Shown here: piece by piece, positions 14,759-27,645 of the stretch | Numbering within the stretch: the first letter of the stretch is position 1 | How the letters are laid out: each line of letters opens with the position of its first letter | Source: Octopus vulgaris | Lineage: Eukaryota | NCBI GenBank assembly: GCA_951406725.2 | Contig: OX597827.1 | Span: forward strand, 40,362,001 to 40,426,000 | Direction of reading: 5' to 3' | DNA length: 64,000 bases | The notes under the pieces: generated by a model | What the model was told of the DNA's origin: nothing | What the model saw: the letters and a program-made list of their open reading frames with translations, nothing else | The model's database searches: none | Position numbers and translations under genes: made by a program

Positions 14759-16604
14759 GTGGGTGAATGGGTGGGAAACGACAACCTAACGATGTTGATC
14801 AATCACTAATACTATCTCATTTTCCTTTTCGGGAAGTACTGGGGATAACTCCGTATATGCTTCCGTGTCATTCTGCATTCATCAGCGAAGAGTAGCTTCC
14901 ACCGCACATACTGAGATAGTGATAAACGAATCATTAGCTGACGAAGGAAAATATTATGGTTTGAAGATTGAATAATTCAGACATCATTCGAAGAAAAGAA
15001 AAGCCACAGAAGAAGTATGTACAATAGTCACTTGACCTACCAGTCAATTCTCCACCAACTTATACCGTACAGTCTCGAAAAAGGGGGGACAGGTTGAATA
15101 AAAGAGACTTAGAAACTTCTAAAAGAGGCTTTGGACACAATTGAAATGCCTTTCATTGTAGTTATGCTCTATTAGTGTTTGATCTGACGTAAACAACAAT
15201 AGGCAGGTAATATAAAATGTGTTAGAAGAGCATTCTATAAAATTTTTAGCCAGAAATTTCACATAATGTCTGCAGTGATTGACAAGTTCTGCTTTTTTTT
15301 TTATTCAATCCATTCCGAACTTGGAATTACACGCACACACACACACATACTGGCAGCGCCCAAGCATGGCCACAGCCTTAAGGCTGAAACATATAAATGA
15401 GTAAAAGAATATGTATGTATGTATGCATGTTTACACATGTATGTGTTTGCGTGTGTCTGTGTGCGTGATATAAGTCAAAAGAAAAGCAACATTTATGGAA
15501 AACTGGAAAATGATTGATATTAATTAGCTTCCAACAACTACCTGTCACACACACACACATCCTTATATACTCATGCATAAGTTTTGAAAATTAGAAATAC
15601 AATCCAAGCAACTAAGGGACCAACATATAGTTCTCTGGCGGACGGTGCTCCAGTGTGGCTAAAACTTAAATAGTTCAAACAAACTAAGTCTTAAAATGCA
15701 AGAACAAATCCTTCCTTCCTACAATAAATAAGCAATCCCGTTGTGGTGGTTGGTTTTACAGGTTACGAACCAGCAATCTCTTGTTCGGCTACGTTCTCAA
15801 ATCCAAATAGATTAAATCAAACAATATATGTGAGATACAAATAAAAAGAGAGTCGGACGGAAACGGTGGTCGTCTGCTTCAGTAAAGACTATGGATTGAA
15901 ATTCGCAAATTTGAATAAATTTGTAAACTATAATGCAGACCCAAGAGGCCCAACATTCGAATGGGGACTTGTAAATATTTGATAGGTCTCTCTCAAACCC
16001 CCACCCAAAAAGAACGTACAGCACCCATGAATTTTGCATCCATCCCCGAAACGGCCCGACACTGCTTCGGAGATAAGAGGAGGAGAATAGCATTTCCTTC
16101 CTCTTATCCTCGAAGCTGTCTCGTTCCGCCTTGCAAAATTTCTCCAGAAGGAATTTCCGTGGGAACGTGAATACTGATGCTTCAGACGAAGCGTTTCTTC
16201 GGTAAAACAATTTAAACCGAACATTTGAATTTTTTTCTTCTGAAGAAAATTTTGCCCAAAACCCTAATATTCACATCTTCGTCCCTTCCCACCACGGATT
16301 ACATTGTTATAAAAAAATTTGCAAATTTCACTTAATGTATGTACCTGTTTGATACGCACATACGCAAAACACATTCAAACATTTAGAACGTACAACAGAA
16401 AGCAAAGCTCTTACAAGATGCAGAAAACAAATATAAATTATATTCACCGGCCCAGGACAAATGATCAAGAATGGAAGTTTCGTTCAAAAATGATACGAGT
16501 TTTGATAAACCGTGCATATTTAACATAGCTTCCTTTATTGTTCCGTTAAAAACCTTCGTTGCTTCGGTACATAGGAGACATGACAAAAACAGAAGCAGCT
16601 TCAT
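2432..16604 (-). CDS. Gene A: secreted two-FAS1-domain (fasciclin/TGFBI/periostin-like) protein, 296 aa, 6 exons
   Basis: Exons (minus) 16604-16448, 12931-12717, 10448-10262, 8528-8430, 6489-6376 and 2550-2432 total 891 nt in one open frame. All introns are GT-AG, phases 1,0,1,1,1. Signal peptide MKLLLFLSCLLCTEA. FAS1 motifs occur twice: H1 YTVFAPNNRA / LTLFAPNNAAF, YH IIKYHI / IVKYHA, H2 DGVIHVINEVM / NGVIHTIDTVL. Confidence 0.93.
3090..4010 (-). mobile_element. Penelope-like retroelement RT fragment (decayed)
   Basis: Frameshifted motifs PKIYFLPTIFKP..G.FIV, SMDITSLYTGIPHDEGLQAL and YEHFTGVAKRTQMDP; degenerate hammerhead-like tail near 3116-3150. Confidence 0.75.
4185..4570 (-). mobile_element. 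tRNA-derived SINE (family 'ggcgagctggcaga...'), dimeric
   Basis: B-box gagttcaaattcc and core gcctttcatcctttcggggtcgataaattaagtaccag present twice; the core resembles, from recall, the conserved Meta-SINE domain. Confidence 0.8.
5430..5810 (-). mobile_element. tRNA-derived SINE, full copy
   Basis: Reverse-complement copy of the family at 1735; other copies at 19800-19945, 21940-22140, 34880-35020, 42885-43035, 45525-45895 and 57290-57500. Confidence 0.8.
5915..6112 (+). repeat. Old interspersed repeat family
   Basis: tcactcgacct..tagaaa..gcagccaaat...gaatgcttttgatca; related copies at about 12050-12150, 15030-15200, 21440-21600, 39230-39460 and 63810-63965. Confidence 0.6.
6376..6489 (-). 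CDS. Gene A exon 5
   Basis: ctctag|AIVKYHAVRGILWTPGMHNGKLRTLSDDASDLLTVKLK|gtgagt; 114 nt. Confidence 0.92.
7290..7502 (-). mobile_element. SINE copy (same family as 4185)
   Basis: gaaaggcaaagtcgacctcgg..atttgaactcagaacg; further copies at 9570-9720(+), 21200-21335, 37985-38225, 40110-40323 and 59560-59657. Confidence 0.75.
8430..8528 (-). CDS. Gene A exon 4
   Basis: ttttag|DNLLTLFAPNNAAFQNQPSTTIPQIQADPALKE|gtaagt; 99 nt. Confidence 0.92.
10262..10448 (-). CDS. Gene A exon 3
   Basis: tttcag|ATTAEGCQIVNFDNIASDGVIHVINEVMLPPDGRIADILAIDPEFSIFYSLINGTKFIDLLN|gtgggc; 187 nt, same length as gene B exon 3; absent from the ORF track. Confidence 0.92.
12190..12390 (+). mobile_element. tRNA-derived SINE (family 'ggaggcgcaatggcccagtgg...')
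   Basis: A box TGGCCCAGTGG, B box GGTTTCGATTCC; copies at 48010-48350(-), 53850-54095(-), and a 3' part at 38760-39005. Confidence 0.8.
12717..12931 (-). CDS. Gene A exon 2
   Basis: ttgtag|(G)SYTVFAPNNRALSELS...IIKYHIALG...EIRINVYKARH|gtgagt. Confidence 0.93.
13273..13414. repeat. (TATG)n microsatellite
   Basis: Perfect tetranucleotide array. Confidence 0.97.
16448..16604 (-). CDS. Gene A exon 1 (signal peptide and FAS1 N-terminal helices)
   Basis: MKLLLFLSCLLCTEATKVFNGTIKEAMLNMHGLSKLVSFLNETSILDHLSWA; donor G|gtgaat; TATA box about 100 bp upstream. Confidence 0.88.
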
Positions 16605-16702
16605 GACTTTTTTTTCCTGATTTTCGTTGCCCTGCTTTTCTGATTCTTTTTTCTTTGTTATTGGTTTATTTCTAGCATCTAGCAGGCGATAGTAATTGAA
16701 TA

Positions 16703-16710
16703 TTTTTATA
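16703..16710 (-). promoter_or_regulatory. Putative TATA box of gene A
   Basis: TATAAAAA on the minus strand about 100 bp upstream of the ATG, followed by an A-rich leader. Confidence 0.55.
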
Positions 16711-17157
16711 AGTGTGTCGAAAAGTGTGTATATATATATATATATTTATTTATTTATATATAAATATGTGTGTGAGTGTATGTGCGTGTGTGTCTGTGTG
16801 TATACACATATACATGTATACATATATGCACACACACACACATGCGGACACACATTTACACACACACACACACACACACCCACACGCACATATAAGTACA
16901 TATATGCGTATCTATGTATATGTATGTACGTATACATGTATGCGTATATACATATGTATGCATATATATATATATATATGAATTTATATGTGTATATGTA
17001 TATGGGTATATATGTATATGTATATATTGAAACAATTGTAATATTGTTTTTGGTAGTGTCGTTGTTTTCCTGCTGTAGTTAATCTTATTACGAGATATTA
17101 ACAGATACAAAAACACACACACACACACATACATACACACACACATACATACATACA

Positions 17158-17188
<31 letters not shown>

Positions 17189-17275
17189 GTGTGTATGTGT
17201 ATATGTATGCATATGCATATATATGTATATATGTACACACATATATATGCACACACGCACTCAATCACTTTTGCA

Positions 17276-17323
<48 letters not shown>

Positions 17324-18464
17324 TTACGGGTATAGGTGTACTCACGCCAGTACACACTATATTTTTACAGACCTATTTATTCCCGAACTATCTATGTCAA
17401 CCTGATAAGCGATGTGAGATTTCCAGGTGGTTAGCAAACTTTTCACTTCAATTTGTAATTGCGTTTCATAACAGTTTCTTCTCTCAAGCATCGCAGCCCG
17501 TTGTAAATCCCCAAAACTACGTGAACAAGCCTATATTCAAAACAACTTGAAGAATTATGTCAAAAGAGATGGAATTCTTCATAATATCCCTCACCATGAT
17601 CTCGCCCCCGATGTGATTACGTACCTTATTAGATTGGATTGGGTTGCCTATGTTCTCTTCACTGCAGAACGGAGGCCTCAGCATGTTCTCTCCACCAAAC
17701 ACGGTCTGATATGGAGGCCGTGAATTTGAGCTTGAAGTCATACTGGTTTGATGAATCTATTCTGCCACACTACCTCGACATGACTTGGCATAAAAATTCT
17801 ATATAATTCTGAATGTTATTAAGTTTCCATAATAGGTTATGAAGTAAGTTGCTCCGCTAAACACACAGGTTGGTTCGGGTTAAATACCTATTATATTAAT
17901 ATCTATTTATTTATTCGTGTTGGTGAAGATAACAGGTAGAAGAATCAATCATATGACGAGACGAATCGTGTTTGCAACACGTTTTCAGTTAATCTTTGAG
18001 GCCACTTCATGAATCACATCCTCATAGCTCTTTTTAATGCAACGTTGATAGATCCCTCTGTAGCGAGGCTCTCACTGAGTTTTGAACCATCGCGTTCAGT
18101 TTCCTCAGTTCAGAACTACAGCCTACCATACTGCCATAAAAGGTATGGCCAGTTATGAAAAATTAATTTTGTCATCATAAAATACATTAGCGCCTACGCG
18201 AAGATGGCTAATCAGAGCGGTTGGTATGGAATCTGGCAAAACACTCTGGTGAACCTTCGAGAAAAACTCCTTTGGATAATAACAAAAAGTTGGCGAACTG
18301 TATCCTAGTTAGAGCTATCCAGTAGCTCACATGGAGCCTTGTGATCCTCCTCTTCGAAGTTTCTTTACAGAACAACCTCTGGCGTTAGACGGGACTATGT
18401 CACTCAGTTCCATGACCAGCATTCTTTTTCTACTTGTTCTGCTTATCATTATGACTTGAGACAG

Positions 18465-18608
18465 TTTGATTCGGCCCCATGCAACTTAAAGTTTCGTAGG
18501 GTCGTCACAGAACCCAAGCTCGTCGGGCTCAGACGGTCCTCTGAGCCTGACGAGTTAGGTACCTGTGACGACCCTACGAAAATTTAAGTTGCATGGAGCC
18601 GAATCGAA
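18465..18608. repeat. About 144-bp near-perfect palindrome (MITE-like)
   Basis: gattcggccccatgcaacttaaagtttcgtagggtcgtcacag ... ctgtgacgaccctacgaaaatttaagttgcatggagccgaatc. Confidence 0.85.
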
Positions 18609-18692
18609 TTATTATTTTAAGTAATAATATATATAATTCCTACTAAATATGTTGAGTGCCTCTTTGTTTCGTTTGTTCATTCATTCGCACGC

Positions 18693-18768
<76 letters not shown>

Positions 18769-20201
18769 TTGAAAGCCTTCTAAACTGTTGTGTTGTCTCG
18801 AGAAAGCTTCTCTTGTAGGCATGTAGTGTTAAATACAGAGAAATATATCAGCAGCAGTCGAAAATAGCCCAGCACCGGAGGTGGTATTACTAGATCCGTA
18901 TTTCTGCTTTTTAAAAGCTTCATCAATCGTAAATATCTACTGGTAACCGCATGTCAAGCGAACATCAGCTGCTAGCTGATATAGTTAAGCAGTAAATAAA
19001 AGGTCTTTGATGTCGTATTCATTTGGCAGGCCGAAAAATACTATTATTATCGACGGAAGCAGTATATACTCAATATTTGCGATCTGTATATCAACTTAGT
19101 GCCTATATGATGTTGAAAGCCTTCTAAACAATGGTTTTCGTCTCTAGAAAATATCTCTTATAACAAGTATAGTGTTAAAATACGCAGAAAATATCAGTAG
19201 CAGGCGAAGACTGCTCTTGTTATATCAGCATGTCTCCAACTCGTTTCTTTCACAGCAGTGAAATTCAATAAAAACTTGCTGATCTTGGTTCACGTATCCT
19301 GGCATAGATTTATGAAACGATGGCAAGTCAGGGCACAACTTTTAAGTTTATGATTTTAACTGCGTTCTTGTATTACTGCAATTAACTCTGGAATTTGTTT
19401 AATGCTCACTTTAAAGAAAACGTTGCAGTCATGCATGGATAACTCTCCGAAGACTGGAAAGGGAGTCGCTGAGCAAAATCAAAGAATGGTTGGGGAAGGA
19501 GGCGATGAAGAACAGAGGTTAACTAATAAGCTGAAATGATGGAGGGAGGCGGCCGTGTCTTTTGCTGTACATCTACGGCCTCTTAAAGATATAAATTATG
19601 ATTAATAGAGCAAACATAAAAAAAGACTATATTTAATTTTTAATTGTGATATGTCTCAAATTTTGCAATGCAGGATAACATTGCTTAAACCGATCCTCAG
19701 TACTTGATTGGTTCTTAGTCATTGGATTCTATTTCACAAATAGCTCTTTAGTTTTTGACATAAGGGAACGGAACTACATATACACCCGCGAACACACACA
19801 CGAATTCTGTGCTGTTTCCACCTACCAAATTCCACTCAAGGTATTGACCCACTCAAATTAGCTGTAGAAGACACTTGACCAATGCACCGCATCGTACGAT
19901 CGAACCGGAAATCGCGTGATTACAAAGTAAAATTCTTAACCCGCGGTCAGGAAGATTAAAAAAATTCTTTGGTATAAGGTTATAAGTATATGGCAGAGAC
20001 GTCGTTAGTTCAAATGATTTATAGGATTTCATCAACCTCCAAGTGAAAGGTAAAGTTGATCTTGACTGGACTTGATCTCAGAACGCAAAGTGAAGAACCT
20101 AAATACCTCGAATAATTTTCTCTGTCGATTTCCACGATTCTTAACTAAGAGGCTTCTATATGGTTGATTGATCTACCGGAAATAGTTGCCAAATCTTTCT
20201 C

Positions 20202-20554
<353 letters not shown>

Positions 20555-20589
20555 AAGCGAAAGCTCCCTACTACAATAATGATTTCAAA

Positions 20590-21165
20590 TGGGCACAAGG
20601 CAGGAAGAGGACAAACAGTGCACATGTCCTGTAGATTCGCAAAACTAACGAGAGCGATGTGCTTGACGTTCAGCTCGAACATCTGTTATTGTTTGCTTTT
20701 ATCTCTTACTTGTTGCTGTGTTTCTGTGTTTTCATGCTGTCGTTGATGATGTTGCTGTTTTTGTTGTTGTTGTTCTTGTTGTTGGAGTGGTTGTGAACTG
20801 AGCTGCTGTTGTGGTTTTTTGGTATCTTTTTGCTGTGTTCTTGGAGTAGGACTGTGTACCTTTCTCCTCTTCGGGGTTTTGAGGATGAAATCCTCAAATT
20901 CTTTTCTCTCTATCTCAATTTTGCTTTCACTTTGATTTACAAAATCCATCAATTCACTGCTGCATTTATTTGTTCACAACAGTGAAATTGATGGATACAA
21001 TCCCCTTTTGTCGTAGTGATCCATTGTTCAGTCAGCTCTTCTTTCTCCATGTCATTGCTGTTGTTTCTGCAAAAACAAGAAAATATTTCCAAACTACAGG
21101 CGAAATATGTCCATCAATTTCACTGTTGTGAACAAATGCAACAGTGAATTGATGGATTTGGTGAA
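20590..21165 (-). mobile_element. Inverted, rearranged copy of the adjacent LINE 5'/ORF1-like region
   Basis: Reverse-complement match to 22545-22885; Q-rich ORF 20686-20952. Confidence 0.7.
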
Positions 21166-22159
21166 GGGTATAGTCAATTATAGCACTCGAAGTACTTGAA
21201 TGGTGTGTCATTTTATCGACTCTCGGAAGTGAGAAAGTCACAGTTGATCACGACGGGATTTGAAAATAGAACGTAGAGAGCTCGTACAAATACCGCAAAG
21301 TATTTATTCCCGGCGCTCTAACGATTCTGCCAACCCACCAGTTTCCACGCTACGCTAAAGACTTCAAATATATGAGAAGGTGACATGGTGATATGGAGGA
21401 CTCACTGACTGACGATAAAACAAGTACTATTGTGTATTGTTGTTGTTTAGCCTCCAGGGTGATCAATGAATGAGCATACCCATGATTTAAGCCAATGCAA
21501 CCGTGACCACTCAGTCCTTTTGTATATTTAGGGCAACTATGTCCCAGAGAGCAGAATGTGATTTGAGGGAATTTGGCAGCTACTTTTAGCAGCAGATGGA
21601 GGGTGCGTGTAGGCGCTCCGTCTTTGGCTTATATACTATTAGTGATAACCTTCTGTGCTGTCCCACGCTGAATTATTGCTTACTTGTGTTATTTTGAAAC
21701 TGCACTTAAAAGATATTCAGATTTAGATAACATTGTCGTCACCTTACAGACAAAACAGATGGTGTTTTTGTTGTTTTATCGTATTTCGGTGTAGGTGCTA
21801 TTTAAAAAAAAAAATAGCGGTGGCCAGAGGAGGAAGAGATCAAGCAGTGCACATGTCCCATAGATTCCCCAAACTAATGAGAATAATGAGGTTGGCGTTC
21901 AGCTCCAACTTCTGTTAGTATTTGCTTTTATTATCTTTTATTTGTTTCAGTCCTTGGACTGCGGCCATGCAGGGGCACTACCTTGAAGGGTTTTGTTGAG
22001 CGAATCGACCCGAGTATCTTTTAATTTACAAAAAAATAAAAATCGGTATTTATTCTGTCGGTATTTTTTTTTGCCGAATCAAAGTTACAGGGACGTACAC
22101 AAACCAACATCGGTTGTCAAGTGGTAGTGAGGGACAAACGCAAACACAAAACTAGTCGA

Positions 22160-25100
22160 AATGAGCTGACAATGTAATCAAAACTATATCGACGAGCTAC
22201 CTGACCTAACAGATCTCCTGGATGGTACTCAACTGTCAGTGTTAGTGGAAAGTAGAAAGCCAAATTGGCTCACTTAAGGGCTTTCTGCCCTCAAACAAGG
22301 AAAACAAAACTCCCACCACTGCAAACGCTACAAACACCACAAACACAAAATCATGAGGACTTGCTTTAAGCCTGTTACACCTACACCCAAATCAAGAAAA
22401 CGAAGGAGTTTACTCCCAGCTTCAACGGAAAACCAAGCTCCTTCTGAACGCCCTACCCCGCAAACCAACAACAACAGCAATGACACGGAGAAAGAAGAGC
22501 AGACCGAACAACGATCACTGCGGCAAAAGGGGGTTGGAGAAGAGGAGGAGAGTACATAGTCCTACTCAAAGAAGATAGCAAAAAGATACACAAAAACCAC
22601 AACTGCAGCTCAATTCACATTCACTCCAACAACAAGAACAACAACTACAAAAACAGCAACATCATCAACGACAGCATGAAAACTCAGAAACACAGAAACA
22701 ACCAATAATGGAACTGCAAAAACAAGAAAATACTTCCAACTACAGGCGAAATGTATCCATCAATTTCACTGTTGTGAACAAATAAATGCAGCATTGAATT
22801 GATGGATTTTGTAAATCAAAGTAAAAGCAAAATTGAGATAGAGAGAAAAGAATTTGAGGATTTCATCCTCAAAACCCCCGAAGGACAGGTTATCAGTTAA
22901 AACATCCTCAGTCATTTATAAAACAATCCACGAAAAATTCCCATGTGGTGTGGGAATTTAAAATACTCAATTGACAAAAAGCTTTTGGAAGGGCCTTTTA
23001 AAAATCTTTCGGCAGTAGAGAGGCCCGGAACTTCTGGGTTTCTCGAAAATCAAGTTGAATGACCTCTTTTGCTTTCTCCGACTAGTATGACTGTGCTGAG
23101 AGTGGGGTGTGTGAATGTGCGTGGCCTGGGATCAGCTTGGAAGCAAGATCACCTGTCCAACGATCTCAGGTCACTTCTGACGGGTACCGACGCGATTTCC
23201 CTGATGTGCCAGTGTGGACATAGAGCAACTACAACGAGTCATCCCGATTGTATTTAGACAATATTTGTTAGGTCAGAGGATAGGTTGTCCACGATTTAAA
23301 TTGGTCGGCTACACAAATCACAAATTTGTGATATGCACAATCGATTTAGGTAGGAACCGTAGACAAGGACCCGGTTACCGACACGCAAATACTACAGGGA
23401 CCAAATTAGCGTGTTAGTTAAGCTGCAATTAACAGGGGTAGTCGTCAACAACTGGTGGTGAATCGCTCTGAAGAGGGCGATTAGAGTAGAATCGATAGCG
23501 TTTAGCAAATATTTAGCAATAGAAAGAAATATATTAGAGAGAGAACTAGTTAGCAAACTAGAAGAGGCTATTAGTAAAAGCATTGTGACCGACTTGTTAG
23601 CGGTGAGAATGGTTCTTGATCATTTCTTTAAGGCGCAACACGAAGGAACTAAAGCCGTCCGATGGGTCCAAACGGTACAGGCACGATATGGTAGCAAAAC
23701 GACGATCAGGTCTTTGACGGATCAGGACGGGTGCGTGCTACTCGGTCCCGAGCAGATGTGTGCGACATTCCAGCAGCACTTTGAGCGGATTTTGGGGAAG
23801 GAAGATGGCTGAACGACAGTAGCAGACTTTAGTTAGTACCTGGACGAACGCGAGATGCCGTGAGAAGTCGATGACGGTCACTGAAATACAGGAGGCGATG
23901 AGCGATTGCAAATCGCAAAACACCTTGTTTGGATGGTCTACCTCATGAATTCTATGTATTCACATCAGATTTGATTGGCAGCTTCTTATTTCTTTATTGC
24001 CCACAAGGGGCTAAACATAGAGGGGACAAAAAGGACAGACAAAGGAATTAACTGGTCCTTAATTTATCGACCCCGAAAGGATGAAAGGCAAAGTCGACCT
24101 CGGCGGAATTTGAATTCCGAACGTAGCGGCAGACGAAATACCTATTTCTTTACTGCCCACAAGGGGCTACACACAGAGGGGATAAACAAGGACAGACAAA
24201 CGGATTAAATCGATTATATCGACCCCAGTGCGTAACTGGTGCTTATTTAATCGACCCCGAAAGGATGAAAGGCAACGTTGACCTCGGCGGAATTTGAACT
24301 CAGAACGTAACGACAGACGAAATACCTATTTCTTTATTACCCACAAGGGGCTAAACATAGAGAGGACAAACAAGAACAGACATAGGTATTAAGTCGATTA
24401 CATCGACCCCAGTGCGTAACTGGTACTTAATTTATCGACCCCGAAAGGATGAAAGGCAAAGTCGACCTCGGCGGAATTTGAACTCACAACCTAACGACAG
24501 ACGAAATACCGCTAAGCATTTCGCCAGGAGTGCTACCTTTTCTGCCAGCTCGCCACCAGCTGATTGGCAGCTTCTTGGCAGACGTCAACCACAACTGGCA
24601 GTAGAACGGAAGAATTCTTAGTGCTGTTAGCCGGAGTGCTGAAAAAAGGACTGACAATGGGGACATACTACAGAATTTTCGGCCCATAAACCTGTTAAAC
24701 ACAGAATTTAAGGTTTTGGCCGAGGTGTTAGCAAAAAGGTTGGCGTTTGTTGTCGGTAGTCTGGTCGGAGAGGCGCAAACGTGCGCAATCCTGAATAGGT
24801 CTATCCACGACAACCTCCACATCGTAGATAGTGCTGGAACTAAAGCTGGCTACGGTGGGGTCCTGATCAAATTAAGTCAGTTGAAAGCATTCGATAGGGT
24901 CGACGATTGCTACTTGGACGTCCTTAAAGCGGCCGGTTACGGACTTGTTTTCAGTGGTTGGAGTGCTGCAATGTACAGTGGTACTTGCTCGGTGGTAAAA
25001 GTAAACGGCCACCTATTGGATCGCACGTTCGGTCCGTTAGAGCTGCTTGCTGTCACCTCTCCTGTACGTGCTGGCCCTCAAGCCGCTGCTGCGGAAGTTG

Positions 25101-26620
25101 GAACAGTTAAGGGGCATCCCTTTCGAAATTGGACTAGAGATGGCAGTGTTGGCGTACACGGACGATGTCACCATCATGGTGTCGGATACCTCAGAAGTGG
25201 AGACGGTCGGCTTCATTGTAAAGGAATATGAGTCGGTTGCAGGGGCCAAAATAAAAGTCGACAAGTCGGTGGGGTTGCGACTGGGCACCTGAAGAGGCAG
25301 ATCAATGCCGTCGGATGGTGTCGTCGAACGCTGGACTGATAGACCGTTTAAACTGCTCGGGGTCTGGCTCGCTCCCGACCTCCAGGTGGATAAGAATTGG
25401 GACGAGGTGACGAACAGGGTGACAAGACTTATCCATAAATGGATAAAGAAGAAGCTGTTCTTGAAAGGTCGGGCAGAGGTGGTGAATGCCTTCATCGCTG
25501 TCGTCATCATTTACCACCTGAGCGTTATCCCATGTCCCAGTTACTATTTGATTAGGTTGGAGTGTTTCTTGTTTATTTTCTAATGATCAGGCGGTCAATC
25601 TTCTGCCAGCTCCCTCTGCATGGCGGTTTAGGCATGCCATGGCTTTTGATGCGCAGATACGCACTCTGCAACGATTTCTAGACGTTGAACATGTGTGGGA
25701 TCCCATTGCGAGACACGTCATTCTGCAGCTTGTCGCTTTGACGGAGCTGCAGTCCTGGATGAAGGATAGACTGAGACTGGGTGCTTGGCACCTAGAATGT
25801 CGTCAGGCACTCACAGTGCTCTACCAGACGGGACATAGGATCATTAGATGTTCCACTTTAGCTATATTTTGAAGATTAGTGGCAGAGAAGTGCGACGACG
25901 TTCTCAGAGAGATCCTGGATGTCGACGAAAACAAACTGGCTACTCTGTTCCGGAAGGCTTTCCAACCGGGGACAACTATGGATAATCTCCACCTGTCTTT
26001 GACCTGGCCGTTCTACCAGGGGGCAATACTGGTTCGAGATAAACTCTACAGGCACGGATTTGCTGTCAGATGGGTTCGTCCGAGATGTGTGCAGAGCGAC
26101 GGAACCGTTCTGCAAGCACTCGTTCAGTGTTCTGGCACTGTTGACTTGCGGAGTTATGTCGAACAGCTGCTATCATGTGTAGGACGGATCCGTCTGTCGT
26201 CCGAGTCCACAGTAAGGATTGCCTCTCCGCCCTCTGGTGGACAAAACTGAAAGGGATGAGGACAGAGGCATTCCTCTTTGATAAATCACTCATTAACTTT
26301 TCAAGTTTCACTTGAAAAGGAAAGTGAGGGTGGAGAGGGAGGTGCTGTCCTTGAGTGGGCGAAAGTTGCGAAAATGGCAAGAGTGGATTGTACCACTCTA
26401 AGTGTAGACCTGTGAGTCGGAGGAAAAGAGTTGGTATTCCTTGTCCTTGGTATTCAGGGAGACTTCGATGGTGAGATTCAGGGAAATCTTGGATGGTGGG
26501 GTCCCTCGATCATCCCTAGAAGTACTGCTGTATCAGGAGAACCAATCACTATCACCTTTTCTTTAACTCTTTTATTCTCTTACTGTCATATACTGTGTAT
26601 ACTTCTCTTCTTTTAGTGTA
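22160..26620 (+). mobile_element. Decayed Tx1/L1-clade non-LTR retrotransposon (ORF1-like remnant, APE, RT, zinc knuckle)
   Basis: VGCVNVRGL and TNHKFV..GPGY (APE); NFRPINLLNTEFKVLAEVLAKRL, KAFDRVD, LSPLLYVLA, AYTDDVT, GAKIKVDKS, FKLLGVW, GGLGMP (RT and thumb); PRCVQSDGTVLQALVQC. Many stops and frameshifts. Confidence 0.9.
23988..24560 (-). mobile_element. Tandem-trimeric SINE inserted in the LINE with a 16-bp TSD
   Basis: TSD tgattggcagcttctt at 23972-23987 and 24561-24576; three roughly 160-185 bp units of the 4185 family. Confidence 0.88.
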
Positions 26621-26631
26621 TATCGCGTATG

Positions 26632-26667
<36 letters not shown>

Positions 26668-26780
26668 CAATAATATACTGGTCGACGATATAATAATATA
26701 TCATAATATAATTACTCTATTTCTCATATCGAGTATGGATTTTTTCCTGATTTATGGACAACTAACTTATTTTACATACG

Positions 26781-26889
<109 letters not shown>

Positions 26890-27192
26890 ACACAATCCCC
26901 CCACATACAGATATAGGGGTATTAGCGACAGAAGCTGTATTCATATTGAAAAGCAATCTTTATATACAGGCTCAACTTACTTTAAGAATGCCATAAATTG
27001 CGGTATTCGCCCCATGAAAGCATCTCATGCAGATGTACAGTGCTAAAAAGCACAGAATATCGCTAGCAGACAGAAGAATGTCCACACCAGTGGTGGAACT
27101 ACTAGATCGCGTTATTTCAACGTGTTTGCATTTCATCAGCTCAGGTATCCACTGTCATCGTCTGCTATACGACACACACACACGCGCACGCA

Positions 27193-27266
<74 letters not shown>

Positions 27267-27601
27267 TCACACACATCACACACACACGCACACACACACA
27301 CACATCTGAAATGTACAGTATTATATATCCATCACGGCTGATCTTACCAATCGGTTTCTCGCTAGGAATACAACGGAGTGTTAGGTAACAATCTGGCTAT
27401 ATAACCTTACGCTCATCAGAGTTAGCAGATATGGAAAGTAATATGGCGACTGCTCTCTATTGTCGGAGATGAATGGACACATCCGATTTGCGGTTGCTGT
27501 GTGTATGTATGTATGTATGTGTGTGTTTGCATATATATATATGCACACACACATACACACACATGTATTATACATAGTATAATATATGTGTGTGTGCGTG
27601 C

Positions 27602-27645
<44 letters not shown>

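Noticed and set aside
15761-16302. Possible third solo LTR in gene A intron 1
   Set aside because: The 5' end is GGTTACGAA rather than TG, and there is no convincing TSD.
17520-17770. Possible Tc1 transposase remnant (GGEIMV, RVWWR) on minus
   Set aside because: Too decayed to call with confidence.
23988-24560. Regularly spaced repeats superficially resembling a CRISPR array
   Set aside because: The units are 160-185 bp SINE copies without unique spacers; the context is eukaryotic and there are no cas genes.
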